Virus record (IMG/VR): IMGVR_UViG_3300003465_000006
Span: 1 to 57,547 of that record
DNA length: 57,547 nucleotides
Source: a virus
Taxonomy: Duplodnaviria > Caudoviricetes
Direction: 5' to 3' (one strand)
Shown: one piece after another, positions 9,875-19,553 of the stretch
Layout of the letters: every line of letters starts with the position of its first letter
How positions within the stretch are numbered: the first letter of the stretch is position 1
The notes under the pieces: generated by a model
What the model saw: the letters and a program-made list of their open reading frames with translations, nothing else
Told to the model about the DNA's origin: nothing
The model's database searches: none
Position numbers and translations under genes: made by a program

Positions 9875-10098
9875 CCGATACTTCCGATACCGGAGCCGAG
9901 GCTCCGCAGGAGACCCAGACCGAGACCGTTTCTGCAGATCAGGTTGTCGAAGAATCCGCTCAGGCCGAGACGGTTGTTCCGACGCCTGATGATCCGACCC
10001 CGACGACCGATCCCAACGAGGGCGCAAGCGCTCCTGTCGAGACTTCGGCCCCCACGACACCTGCGGAAACTCCTGGCGAGCAGACCGAATCCGACTGA
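9871..10098 (+). CDS. Acidic low-complexity T/E/P-rich protein
   Basis: AAGGAG RBS; overlaps the TerL stop. Confidence 0.55.
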   Translation: MTDTSDTGAEAPQETQTETVSADQVVEESAQAETVVPTPDDPTPTTDPNEGASAPVETSAPTTPAETPGEQTESD

Positions 10099-10119
10099 CC
10101 AACAGAAGGAGGCACTTCT

Positions 10120-10542
10120 GTGTCAGTAAAGGATATTTACGATTTCCTCGAGCACTACGGTGTTCAAGGAATGAAGTGGGGTCAGAGACGAGCCGCCAAC
10201 AAGGCAAATGTTGCCAGACTTCGTGAAAGCGGGCTGTCAAAGCGACAGGCTAAGAATACGAACCGTTATCAGAACAGAGTCGACAAGCAAAGAATGGCCG
10301 CCACCGGTCGTCAAGGCAAAGTCTCTGTTTTGAAGCAGCTTAGTAATCGATCATATTCGAATCTTACCTTGAGTCCTTTGACGATTCTCAAACATCCACT
10401 CAGCACAAAAAAGGCTGCTCAACTTCAGCTTCAAAAGAACGCTAAAGTTCAGGAGAAGATCGGTAAGGGGCAGAAGAAAGTCAGCGCTACTCTTCTGAAG
10501 GTGGCTGGCGTTTCGATCAAGGACGTTGATTACTCGACCTAG
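10120..10542 (+). CDS. Basic protein with N-terminal LEHYGVQGMKWG motif
   Basis: AAGGAGG RBS; motif shared with 7377-8123. Confidence 0.75.
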   Translation: MSVKDIYDFLEHYGVQGMKWGQRRAANKANVARLRESGLSKRQAKNTNRYQNRVDKQRMAATGRQGKVSVLKQLSNRSYSNLTLSPLTILKHPLSTKKAAQLQLQKNAKVQEKIGKGQKKVSATLLKVAGVSIKDVDYST

Positions 10543-10613
10543 ACTGGAGGGAGGCGTTGAATGGTCATTGACGAAGACGCTTACCCTCGCATCGAAAGGA
10601 GGTGACTCGCTAA

Positions 10614-11831
10614 ATGGCTATTCTTGATAGAATCAGAAGCGCATGGAACGCTTTTGCCAGCACAGACAACGCGCTTGCCGTTACGTATGCGAGTGGTCCT
10701 CCTTCGTATAATTCGATTCCTCCGTCTAGGCCGAGGCTACGATATTCCAACGAACGTACGATCGTCTCGTCCATTTACAATCGAATCAGTATCGATGTTG
10801 CTGCTATCTCTCTTCGTCATATTCAGCTCGATGAGAACGGCCGATACAAGTCAGATGTCAACAGCCATCTGAATGACTGCCTGACTCTGGAAGCAAACAT
10901 TGACCAAGCGCCTCGAGCATTCAAGCAGGACATCGTACTGTCGCTTTTCGACAAGGGTGTTGCCGCAATTGTTCCAGTAGACACGACCGTCAATCCGAAC
11001 ACGAGCGAAGTGATCGACATCTACACTCTTCGTGTTGGTGAAGTCACAGCGTGGTTTCCCAAACATGTTCGTGTCAGTATTTACAACGAGGCAAAGGGTC
11101 TTCGAGAAGAAGTAACCCTCGAGAAGAAGTTCGTCGCTATCGTCGAGAACCCTCTCTACACGGTGATGAACGAGACCAACTCGACTCTTCAGCGATTGAT
11201 CAGGAAGCTGAACCTTCTCGACGTCGTCGACGAGCAGTCGGGTTCTGGAAAGCTGGACATCATCATCCAGCTACCATACACCATCAAGTCCGAAGCACGA
11301 CGCCTTCAGGCGGAGAAGCGCCGTGAGGACATCGAGGTCCAGCTGAAGGGCAGCCAATACGGTATTGCTTATGCGGATGCAACCGAAAAGATCACCCAGC
11401 TTAACCGTCCGGCTGAGAACAATCTCATGGGGCAGATTGAATACCTGATCAAGATGCTCTATGGGCAGCTCGGCATTACCGAGGATGTAATGAATGGCAC
11501 CGCCGACGAGGAGGCCATGCTCAATTACTTCAACCGGACGGTCGAGCCGATCATCAATGCAATCGTAGAAGCAATGCAGCGTTCGTTTCTCGGTATCGTC
11601 GGAACTAAGCAACGAAACGAGCGGATCGCCTACTTCAAGGATCCGTTCAAACTCGTTCCTGTCGGTAAGCTTGCTGACATCGCCGACAAGTTCACTCGTA
11701 ATGAGATCATGACTGGAAACGAACTTCGAGGTGTCATCGGTATTCCTCCATCGGATGATCCGAAGGCTGATCAACTCAGGAACAGTAACATGCCACAATC
11801 CGACACTGAGCCTACGGTGGCTAGCTCTTAG
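10614..11831 (+). CDS. Portal protein
   Basis: 405 aa between TerL and capsid; HK97-like C-terminal MTGNELRGVIG. Confidence 0.88.
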   Translation: MAILDRIRSAWNAFASTDNALAVTYASGPPSYNSIPPSRPRLRYSNERTIVSSIYNRISIDVAAISLRHIQLDENGRYKSDVNSHLNDCLTLEANIDQAPRAFKQDIVLSLFDKGVAAIVPVDTTVNPNTSEVIDIYTLRVGEVTAWFPKHVRVSIYNEAKGLREEVTLEKKFVAIVENPLYTVMNETNSTLQRLIRKLNLLDVVDEQSGSGKLDIIIQLPYTIKSEARRLQAEKRREDIEVQLKGSQYGIAYADATEKITQLNRPAENNLMGQIEYLIKMLYGQLGITEDVMNGTADEEAMLNYFNRTVEPIINAIVEAMQRSFLGIVGTKQRNERIAYFKDPFKLVPVGKLADIADKFTRNEIMTGNELRGVIGIPPSDDPKADQLRNSNMPQSDTEPTVASS

Positions 11832-11845
11832 AAAGGAAGGTCAAA

Positions 11846-13948
11846 ATGGAAGCGGATTTCAGCGGCTACGCCACTAAGGCGGGTCTGAAATGTTCTGACG
11901 GTCGGACCATCATGCCGGATGCCTTCAAGCATCAGGATCAGGCGAAGGTTCCGCTCGTCTGGCAGCATGGTCACACCGATCCCGAGAACGTGCTTGGCCA
12001 CGCAATCCTCGAGAACCGCGACGACGGCGTCTACGCCTACGGCTTCTTCAACAAGTCGCAGAAGGCCTCCCACGCTCGTCAGCTCCTCGAGCACGGTGAC
12101 ATCAACATGATGTCCATCTGGGCCAACGATCTCATCGAGCGTTCGAAGCGTGTTCTTCACGGCGCAATCCGTGAGGTCAGCCTCGTACTTTCCGGTGCTA
12201 ATCCTGGCGCTGTCATCGAGAACGTCACGATTCGTCACTCCGACGACTCTGAGGACATCCTCGACGACGAGGCCATCATCTACACCGGTCTCACTCTCGA
12301 GCATTCCAACGAGGGTGACAAGAACGCCGACGACAAGACCAAGGTCGACGGCGATAAGGTGGATGAGAATGCCGACATCACTCACGCAAGTGGTGGCGAC
12401 AAGACCATCCAGGAAGTCTACGACTCGATGACGGAAGAGCAGAAGCAGGTTCTTCATTTCATGGTCGGAGAGGCTCTTGCAGCTGCTGGTTCAGACAATC
12501 TGCAGCAGAGTGGTCTTGATGACCTCGATGATGACGCTTCGTTCCAGGAAGTCTACGACTCGATGGACGACAACCAGAAGCAGCTTCTCCATTCGATGCT
12601 CGACAAGGCTCTGAATGGTAAAAGGTCCGACGACAAGCTCGATGACGACGACACGAAAGGTAACGGCTCCATGAAGCACAACGTTTTCGAGGATGACAAG
12701 AACGCCAACAAGCCGGCACCTGTCGTCCTGTCCCACTCCGACGTCCAGACCATCGTCTCCGATGCCACGAAGGTGGGTTCCCTCAAGGAGGCCGTCGAGG
12801 CCTACGCCCTCTCGCACGGCATCGAGGACATCGACATCCTCTTCCCCGAGGCGAAGACCCTCGCCGATGCTCCTGAGCTCTTCGGCCGGCGTGTCGAGTG
12901 GGTCAACAAGCTGCTGAACGCGGTCCGCAAGAGCCCGTTCGCCCGCATCAAGACCCTCCAGGCCGACATCACGGTCCAGGAGGCCCGCGCCAAGGGTTAC
13001 ATCAAGGGCAACTTGAAGAAGGAAGAGTTCTTCCGGGTCGCTCGTCGAATCACGACTCCGCAGACGATCTACAAGAAGCAGAAGCTGGATCGTGATGACA
13101 TCATCGACATCACCGACTTCGACGTCGTCGTCTGGCTCAAGGGCGAGATGCGGATCATGCTCGACGAGGAGCTCGCTCGTGCGATTCTCGTTGGTGACGG
13201 TCGTGCCGTCGACGATCCCGACAAGATCAACGAGGACAACATTCGTCCGGTGGCGACTGACAACGAGGTCTACACGACCACGGTCAACGTCAACCTCGAC
13301 GATGCCAACTCTTCCATCCAAGAAGTCGTCGATGCGATCGTGACCAACCGCAGCCAGCTGCGTGGTAGTGGTCTGCCGACGATGTTCGTGAGCGAGACGT
13401 ACATCGCCCGCTTCATGCTCCTGCGTGACGGAGTCGGCCGTCGCATCTACCGCAACCTGGACGAGCTGGCAGCTGAGCTCCGAGTCCAGGAGATCGTGTC
13501 GGTGGAGGTCCTCGAAGAGGATCCGACGATCGTCTGCATTCTGTTCAACCCGATCGACTACGTCGTCGGTGCGGACAAGGGCGGCAACGTCTCGATGTTC
13601 GACGACTTCGACATCGATTACAACCAGTACAAGTACCTCATCGAGACTCGCGTCTCGGGTGCGCTGGTGAAGTTGAAGGCAGCGCTGGTCGTTCGTGCGG
13701 TCGCTGGCACCGATGTTCTTCTCGCCGATCCGACCGACCCGACGTTCGATGCTGCTACTGGCGTCGTGACCATTCCGACCACGGCAAATGTGACGTACTA
13801 CAACGCCGTCACCAACGCGGCTCTCGTCGCAGGTGCTCAGCCCGCTCTCGCCGTTGGGGAGACGCTGAACGTCACCGCAGAGCCCGATGCCGGCTTCTAC
13901 TTCGCCAACAACGCCAACTCGGAGTGGAGCTTCACCAACTTCGAATGA
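11846..13948 (+). CDS. Capsid maturation protease-scaffold-major capsid protein fusion with C-terminal Ig-like extension
   Basis: N-terminal HK97-type protease (FSGYA, PLVWQH, IREVSLV..GANP), acidic linker, capsid-sized C-terminal half; strong GC3 codon bias. Confidence 0.88.
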   Translation: MEADFSGYATKAGLKCSDGRTIMPDAFKHQDQAKVPLVWQHGHTDPENVLGHAILENRDDGVYAYGFFNKSQKASHARQLLEHGDINMMSIWANDLIERSKRVLHGAIREVSLVLSGANPGAVIENVTIRHSDDSEDILDDEAIIYTGLTLEHSNEGDKNADDKTKVDGDKVDENADITHASGGDKTIQEVYDSMTEEQKQVLHFMVGEALAAAGSDNLQQSGLDDLDDDASFQEVYDSMDDNQKQLLHSMLDKALNGKRSDDKLDDDDTKGNGSMKHNVFEDDKNANKPAPVVLSHSDVQTIVSDATKVGSLKEAVEAYALSHGIEDIDILFPEAKTLADAPELFGRRVEWVNKLLNAVRKSPFARIKTLQADITVQEARAKGYIKGNLKKEEFFRVARRITTPQTIYKKQKLDRDDIIDITDFDVVVWLKGEMRIMLDEELARAILVGDGRAVDDPDKINEDNIRPVATDNEVYTTTVNVNLDDANSSIQEVVDAIVTNRSQLRGSGLPTMFVSETYIARFMLLRDGVGRRIYRNLDELAAELRVQEIVSVEVLEEDPTIVCILFNPIDYVVGADKGGNVSMFDDFDIDYNQYKYLIETRVSGALVKLKAALVVRAVAGTDVLLADPTDPTFDAATGVVTIPTTANVTYYNAVTNAALVAGAQPALAVGETLNVTAEPDAGFYFANNANSEWSFTNFE

Positions 13949-13961
13949 TTGAAGGAGTAAG

Positions 13962-14291
13962 ATGGCACGGTTCTACGGAGAGGTAGGATACGGAGAAGCT
14001 GTCGAAGAACCAGCCGAATCTGGCATATGGGTGGATCAGATAGTTGAATTTCCGTATCAAGGCGACGTTATTCGCAACACTCGGAATCTCGAGAGTGGCG
14101 ATAAGATCAACGAAGATATTTCAGTCGCTAATTCAATCAGTATTGTAGCCGATCAGTATGCCATCGACAACTTCCTGAACATCAAGTATATAAGATGGGC
14201 GGGGGTTCTGTGGACTGTGACTACAGTTGAAGTACAGCGCCCCCGTCTCATCTTGAGTCTCGGGAGGATTTACAATGGCCCGACGGCTTGA
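13962..14291 (+). CDS. Putative head-tail joining/stopper protein
   Basis: Position after the capsid gene; size. Confidence 0.65.
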   Translation: MARFYGEVGYGEAVEEPAESGIWVDQIVEFPYQGDVIRNTRNLESGDKINEDISVANSISIVADQYAIDNFLNIKYIRWAGVLWTVTTVEVQRPRLILSLGRIYNGPTA

Positions 14292-14580
14292 GCTTCAAGT
14301 GATTTTGGAGACAATTCTCGGTTCAAGAAACGTATATTTCCAGCCACCTGAGAATTTGAAGATGCAGTATCCTTGTATTGTATATGCTCGAGATAATCTA
14401 AACATAGATCATGCGGACAACAACGTTTATCATCTAAAGACACGCTATCAAATTACGGTGATCGACGTGAATCCTGACAGCATTATTCATGAGAAGATTG
14501 CTGCTCTTCCTTTGTCTTCATACAGTCGATTCTTCACGGCAGACAACCTGAATCACGACGTCTACAGCCTTTACTTCTAA
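14275..14580 (+). CDS. Putative tail terminator protein
   Basis: VYFQPP...YPCIVY motif; precedes the major tail gene. Confidence 0.7.
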   Translation: MARRLELQVILETILGSRNVYFQPPENLKMQYPCIVYARDNLNIDHADNNVYHLKTRYQITVIDVNPDSIIHEKIAALPLSSYSRFFTADNLNHDVYSLYF

Positions 14581-14597
14581 AGGTAGAAGGAGAAACA

Positions 14598-15470
14598 ATG
14601 GAACTTGTCTGGGACGAGCCGGGTACTCGAAAGTTCGAGACCGGCGTCGATCACGGCGTTCTTTACATTCCAGATGGTTCCGGTGCCTATACGAACGGTG
14701 TTGCGTGGAATGGTCTTACGACCGTCACCGAATCTCCGTCCGGCGCCGAGCCCAACGCTCAGTACGCTGACAACATCAAGTATCTGAACCTCTTCTCGGC
14801 AGAGGAGTTCGGTGCGACGATCGAAGCGTACACCTATCCCGACGAATTCGCCCCGTTCGACGGTCTTGCCATTCCATCTCCTGGGGTTGCGATCGGCCAA
14901 CAGTCCAGGCGGACTTTCGGTCTGTCGTATCGCACCAAGATCGGCAACGATCTCGATGGTGAAGACCATGGCTACAAGCTCCATCTCGTCTATGGCTGCC
15001 AGGCCAGCCCCTCGGAGAAGGCATACGCCAGCGTCAACGATTCACCAGAGGCGATCAACTTCAGTTGGGAAGTTGCCACCACACCCGTCGCTGTTCCTGG
15101 CTACAAGCCCACCTCCATCATCACAATTGACTCCACCGAGGTGGATGCAGACAGCCTTGTCGCACTGGAGGATCTCCTTTACGGCACCGCTGGCACCGAT
15201 CCGTCCCTTCCTCTCCCGGCAGAGATCATTGCCCTCTTTGCTGGGGATGTCACTGTCGTAACGGCAACCCAGCCCACTTTCGACCAGGGGACCAACACCA
15301 TCACCATCCCCACAGTGGCTGGTGTCACCTATTACGTCAACGGGGAACCGGTTGCTGCCGGTGCTCTTCCCATCACAGAAGACACCATCGTCACGGCTCG
15401 TGCCGACGCCGGCAACGCACTCACACCCGGTACTGACGACGACTGGTTCTACGACTACGTCGCTCCGTGA
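14598..15470 (+). CDS. Major tail (tube) protein with C-terminal Ig-like extension
   Basis: WD...ETGVDHGVLY, AWNGLT, YADNIKY, YTYP.EF motifs. Confidence 0.88.
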   Translation: MELVWDEPGTRKFETGVDHGVLYIPDGSGAYTNGVAWNGLTTVTESPSGAEPNAQYADNIKYLNLFSAEEFGATIEAYTYPDEFAPFDGLAIPSPGVAIGQQSRRTFGLSYRTKIGNDLDGEDHGYKLHLVYGCQASPSEKAYASVNDSPEAINFSWEVATTPVAVPGYKPTSIITIDSTEVDADSLVALEDLLYGTAGTDPSLPLPAEIIALFAGDVTVVTATQPTFDQGTNTITIPTVAGVTYYVNGEPVAAGALPITEDTIVTARADAGNALTPGTDDDWFYDYVAP

Positions 15471-15488
15471 TCTGACAGAGGTTGAAGA

Positions 15489-16031
15489 ATGCTCAGGATT
15501 ATCATCGAAGGCGAAGAGAATTACAACGAAAAGACGGAAACGTTCGAGACGGTTGGTGATGTCGTCCTCGACCTTGAGCATTCTTTGATCTCATTGTCAA
15601 AATGGGAGTCGATTCACCAAAAGCCGTTCTTGTCCTCGGAGAACAAAACCGCCGAGGAGATCTTCGACTACCTCAAGGCCATGATCATAACGGCCGACGT
15701 GGACCCCGACGTTCTATACCGATGCTCGCAAAACACGATAGATGAGATTCAGAAGTACATAGATTCTCCACAATCGGCAACGACTTTCGGTATGATGCCA
15801 GAACGTCGGGGTCCAGGTGAGGTCATCACATCAGAGTTGATCTACTACTGGATGGTTGCGTTCAGTATTCCGTTTGAGTGTCAATACTGGCATTTGAATC
15901 GTCTATTTGCTTTGGTTAAGATCTGCAACATCAAAACATCCAAGCCAAAGAAGATGTCGAGGAACGAGATTGCGCAGAGGAATCGTGAATTGAACACAAA
16001 ACGCAGAGCAGAGTTCGGAACGAAGGGATGA
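15489..16031 (+). CDS. Putative tail assembly chaperone
   Basis: Position; LEHSLISLSKWE and TSELIYYWM motifs. Confidence 0.6.
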   Translation: MLRIIIEGEENYNEKTETFETVGDVVLDLEHSLISLSKWESIHQKPFLSSENKTAEEIFDYLKAMIITADVDPDVLYRCSQNTIDEIQKYIDSPQSATTFGMMPERRGPGEVITSELIYYWMVAFSIPFECQYWHLNRLFALVKICNIKTSKPKKMSRNEIAQRNRELNTKRRAEFGTKG

Positions 16032-16044
16032 CGGAAGGAGGACT

Positions 16045-17016
16045 ATGACCAATCTTGTATGGGACAAACTGGAAGATCGAAAGTACCAAAACGGACTCGA
16101 TCGTGGCGTATTGTATCTTCCCGATGGAACAGGAGTTCCTTGGAACGGTCTGACCTCCGTCATCGAGAATTTCGACAGAGAGACATCTCCAGTCTATTTC
16201 GACGGGATGAAGATCAATGATCTAGTGGTTCTAGGATCGTTCTCTGCCACAATGAAAGCGATCACATATCCTGAAGAATTTGTTGAACTAGAAGGCTTGG
16301 CGCCAGCAAAACCAGGCCTTTTCTATTCAGATCAGATGCCGCAGGCTTTCGGTCTTTGCTACAGGACGGTGGTAAACGATACCGACGGGAACGTTGTTAG
16401 CTATCGTATTCATATCGTGTACAACGTTACTGCGATTCCGAATGAGCGAACGTACGAGACGCTCAAAGCCGAGGTAAGTCTCTCAGAGTTCGAATGGAAT
16501 ATCGTAGCCGTTCCTGAGGAGACTCCAGGTTTTCGTCCGACCGCGCATCTGATCATCGAGACCGACAAGATCGACCCTTGGCTCCTAGAAGACATCGAGA
16601 AGATTTTATACGGATCCTCATACGCAATTGCGCGTCTTCTTCCAATGCCTGAGCTGGTCGAGTATATTTCGAGTTGGTTCAGAGTTCAGATCATCGACAA
16701 TGGTGACGGGACCTGGACGGCGATCGATCGTAGAGATGCGTTCATTCATTTTGGACCAGAAGACGGATATTTCGAGATTACTGGGGCAAATGCAGTCTAT
16801 ATCGACGAGAACACTTACATTATCTCTGACACTTCGAGCATATTTGATGTCCCTGAGGTTCTCATCATTGATAACGATGATGGAACGTGGACCGCACAGT
16901 CGGATAATCCAGACATCATCGTGATGACAGACGTCGATGAGTTCGAGATCAGGAACGCAAATGTCGATATTCTCAGTGATTCCATGTATCAGATTTCAGA
17001 CACACCCGCCGAATAG
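16045..17016 (+). CDS. Second major-tail-like paralog with acidic C-terminal repeats
   Basis: LVWD...GLDRGVLY..GVPWNGLT..ITYPEEF; repeated IIDNxDGTWTA. Confidence 0.8.
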   Translation: MTNLVWDKLEDRKYQNGLDRGVLYLPDGTGVPWNGLTSVIENFDRETSPVYFDGMKINDLVVLGSFSATMKAITYPEEFVELEGLAPAKPGLFYSDQMPQAFGLCYRTVVNDTDGNVVSYRIHIVYNVTAIPNERTYETLKAEVSLSEFEWNIVAVPEETPGFRPTAHLIIETDKIDPWLLEDIEKILYGSSYAIARLLPMPELVEYISSWFRVQIIDNGDGTWTAIDRRDAFIHFGPEDGYFEITGANAVYIDENTYIISDTSSIFDVPEVLIIDNDDGTWTAQSDNPDIIVMTDVDEFEIRNANVDILSDSMYQISDTPAE

Positions 17017-17030
17017 TAAGGACGGTTTCC

Positions 17031-17534
17031 ATGGCTACAGTAACAAGCTACACCGCAAATCGAATGAAGGAAATCGAGGATACCACTATCGTCGACGGGG
17101 ATGTCGTTGCGGGAGAGCTAATTCTCACCCGTCGAGATGGTATCACGATCAATGCTGGAGACGTTGTCGGTCCTCAGGGAAATCCAGGCCCTCAGGGAGA
17201 TCCTGGTGCGGATGCCAGTTTTGCAGGTTACACAGAGCCGAGAGTAGATCTAGGAACTACTTCTGGCGTTGTTACTCTGGATTTCGGTGTTGCAAACGTT
17301 TGGAGAATTAACCCGAACGGTGCGGTGACCATTCAGTTCGCCAACCTTCCGCCTGTCGGTGAAGTTGCTTCCGGAACGCTGATCATCGAGAACAGCGCCT
17401 ATGCTTTCACCTGGCCTGCTGGAACGCAGTTTGCAAATGGCGTTGCTCCGATTCTCAATGGGAAGACGATCATCTCGATGTTTGCATATTCGACGACGAT
17501 GATGCTCGGAACCGCCATGGTTGGTGTGGCCTAA
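17031..17534 (+). CDS. Minor tail protein with short collagen tract
   Basis: GPQGNPGPQGDPG; TWPAG fibre-like motif. Confidence 0.7.
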   Translation: MATVTSYTANRMKEIEDTTIVDGDVVAGELILTRRDGITINAGDVVGPQGNPGPQGDPGADASFAGYTEPRVDLGTTSGVVTLDFGVANVWRINPNGAVTIQFANLPPVGEVASGTLIIENSAYAFTWPAGTQFANGVAPILNGKTIISMFAYSTTMMLGTAMVGVA

Positions 17535-18763
17535 TGCTAGCCGACCTAATGCGGAGAGAAGCTGTTCGATTGACCAGTTGGATCAGAGCAGCCGTTACGA
17601 CAACTACTGCTACGAATCAACCGACGAGATACAGTGGTCAAAAGCGTATTCTCACTCTTTCCGACGGGTCCTTGTTGTGCGTCATCCCCAAAACAGGATC
17701 GAATGTTGATGCATATTTCTATCGTTCAACCGATGGCGGAAAGACATGGGCTCAATACGTCGAAACGATTGCTGGATGGAACGACGGATCGATTTCGTCT
17801 TATGTCGATTCGGGTGGTAACGAGAGATTTCTAACCGTATGGAAACAGTACGGTACCGGTGATTCTCGTATAGACGGCGCTATCTATACCATGGTTGGTA
17901 CGTTCAATATTGCTAAGACAACCATCACATGGAGTGCTGCAGTACAGGTAGCAGGATCCTCGAGCGGCATCATGATGCCAGACTGTGTGGTTGCCGCTGA
18001 AGGAACCGGAGGAGCCGGCCACGTTGTTTACAGCAGCAACGTGTCATCAACACAAACTACAAAATATTGTAGGATCTCTATTACAAATGCTGGTGTTCCA
18101 ACAGCAGGTAGTATTGCAACGATCAGTGGAAGCTTCACGATTGCCGGAGCGCATACATATCCGTCAATCGATATGAGTCTGTCATCAAAACGATTGATGT
18201 GTGCCTGGGTTGCAGGACCTGCTCAGCCAGGAATTTTCTTTGCGACAGCATCATATTCCGCAGGCTCATGGACGTGGGGTGGCGCTGTACAGTTTAGCTC
18301 ATATTACGTCGATTCCAGCAATGATACTGGATTTGCGTGTCGTTTTGACGGATCAAGACCGGTAATTGCCGGGCAGTTCAAGGCTACGAATGGGTCAAAG
18401 AACATTCAGGTTTATGATTCTGTGAACTACTTGACGTTTATCGAACGTGTTCACGTCCTGACTGATTCTAGTACATTCATCGGTAACGCTAGCATGGCAA
18501 TCGACGCCAACGCAAATATTTATATTTTCGGATCCTCTTTCGACGGAACTTATTTCAGAGATTTGGTATACTACAAGATAACTCGTTCGGGAGTCGATCT
18601 CTCAATTGGGAGTCGTATTAAACTTGATCCTTTCCCTATGAGCTCTTCTTCTACGGCGGCGCCATTTCCAAACGTGTTTTATTACAGAAACAAGATGCAC
18701 GTTCTTTACAATCGTGGTAGTGATTCTCCATATCCAGTGTATTACGGAGGTGTCAACGTATGA
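17534..18763 (+). CDS. Putative receptor-binding tail protein with Asp-box (BNR) motif
   Basis: YRSTDGGKTW; Ser/Thr/Gly-rich beta composition. Confidence 0.65.
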   Translation: MLADLMRREAVRLTSWIRAAVTTTTATNQPTRYSGQKRILTLSDGSLLCVIPKTGSNVDAYFYRSTDGGKTWAQYVETIAGWNDGSISSYVDSGGNERFLTVWKQYGTGDSRIDGAIYTMVGTFNIAKTTITWSAAVQVAGSSSGIMMPDCVVAAEGTGGAGHVVYSSNVSSTQTTKYCRISITNAGVPTAGSIATISGSFTIAGAHTYPSIDMSLSSKRLMCAWVAGPAQPGIFFATASYSAGSWTWGGAVQFSSYYVDSSNDTGFACRFDGSRPVIAGQFKATNGSKNIQVYDSVNYLTFIERVHVLTDSSTFIGNASMAIDANANIYIFGSSFDGTYFRDLVYYKITRSGVDLSIGSRIKLDPFPMSSSSTAAPFPNVFYYRNKMHVLYNRGSDSPYPVYYGGVNV

Positions 18764-19161
18764 ATTATGCTCAAGTTTCAAAAAGTGGAGAGTTGCTTTC
18801 TCTTGTTCTTCCAGAAGAAGGCGTTTTGTCAGATGGTCGTCATGTAAGTAATTACAACAAGCTTGACGACGAGACACTTCGGGAAGAGGGTTGGCTACCC
18901 ATCGACGATCTCGGACCTCCGAACGTTGATCAAAACACGAAGATCGTGACGAAAGGTTTCGAAGTTCGTGGCAATAAGGTCGTTGCTGTATATTCAGTCA
19001 AAGACAAGCCTCAGCCTCCAGCAGAGAATCCGGTTGCAACGGTGGAAGAAAAACTTCAATCTCTAATTGATTCTCTCGTTGCCAAAGGCACGATTACTCA
19101 GGCACAAGTTGACAACGTGATCAACAAGCAAAGGCCCGGAAAACAACCAACTACGCCGTAG
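18760..19161 (+). CDS. Hypothetical tail-module protein (possible fibre chaperone)
   Basis: ATGA overlap; L..EGWLP motif. Confidence 0.55.
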   Translation: MNYAQVSKSGELLSLVLPEEGVLSDGRHVSNYNKLDDETLREEGWLPIDDLGPPNVDQNTKIVTKGFEVRGNKVVAVYSVKDKPQPPAENPVATVEEKLQSLIDSLVAKGTITQAQVDNVINKQRPGKQPTTP

Positions 19162-19172
19162 AAAGAGGTGAG

Positions 19173-19553
19173 ATGATCGGCATATCCGTAAAGGGAGATT
19201 CGAATAAGACATCCAAGGCTCTTATGAAGATGAAGCGTGCCGATCTTTTCTCTAATCTTGATCGATACGGCGCCATGGGTGTGAAAGCTCTCGCTTCTAT
19301 GACTCCAGTAGATAGTGGACTTACACAACAGTCATGGGCATATCGAATTGTCAGGGATTCGCGTCATATAGGTATCGAATGGTACAATACTAATAAGGTA
19401 AACGGAACACCAATTGCCGTTCTTATTCAGTATGGCCATGGAACAGGGACTGGTGGTTATATTCAAGGGCGTGATTACATCAACCCTGCTATGAGACCGG
19501 TATTCGACAATATTTCCAACGAGATCTGGAAGAAGGTGAGATCAATTGGCTGA
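19173..19553 (+). CDS. HK97 gp10-like tail completion protein
   Basis: TPVDSG...QYGHGT.TGGY..G.DYINPA. Confidence 0.75.
   Translation: MIGISVKGDSNKTSKALMKMKRADLFSNLDRYGAMGVKALASMTPVDSGLTQQSWAYRIVRDSRHIGIEWYNTNKVNGTPIAVLIQYGHGTGTGGYIQGRDYINPAMRPVFDNISNEIWKKVRSIG

Noticed and set aside
11828-13321. Long minus-strand ORFs opposite capsid, terminase, tape measure and polymerase genes
   Set aside because: These are antisense shadows produced by GC3-biased codon usage; no motifs or RBS support them.
15489-16031. Programmed frameshift in the tail assembly chaperone
   Set aside because: No clear slippery site with an extended alternative frame was seen, and the next gene is a tube paralog.
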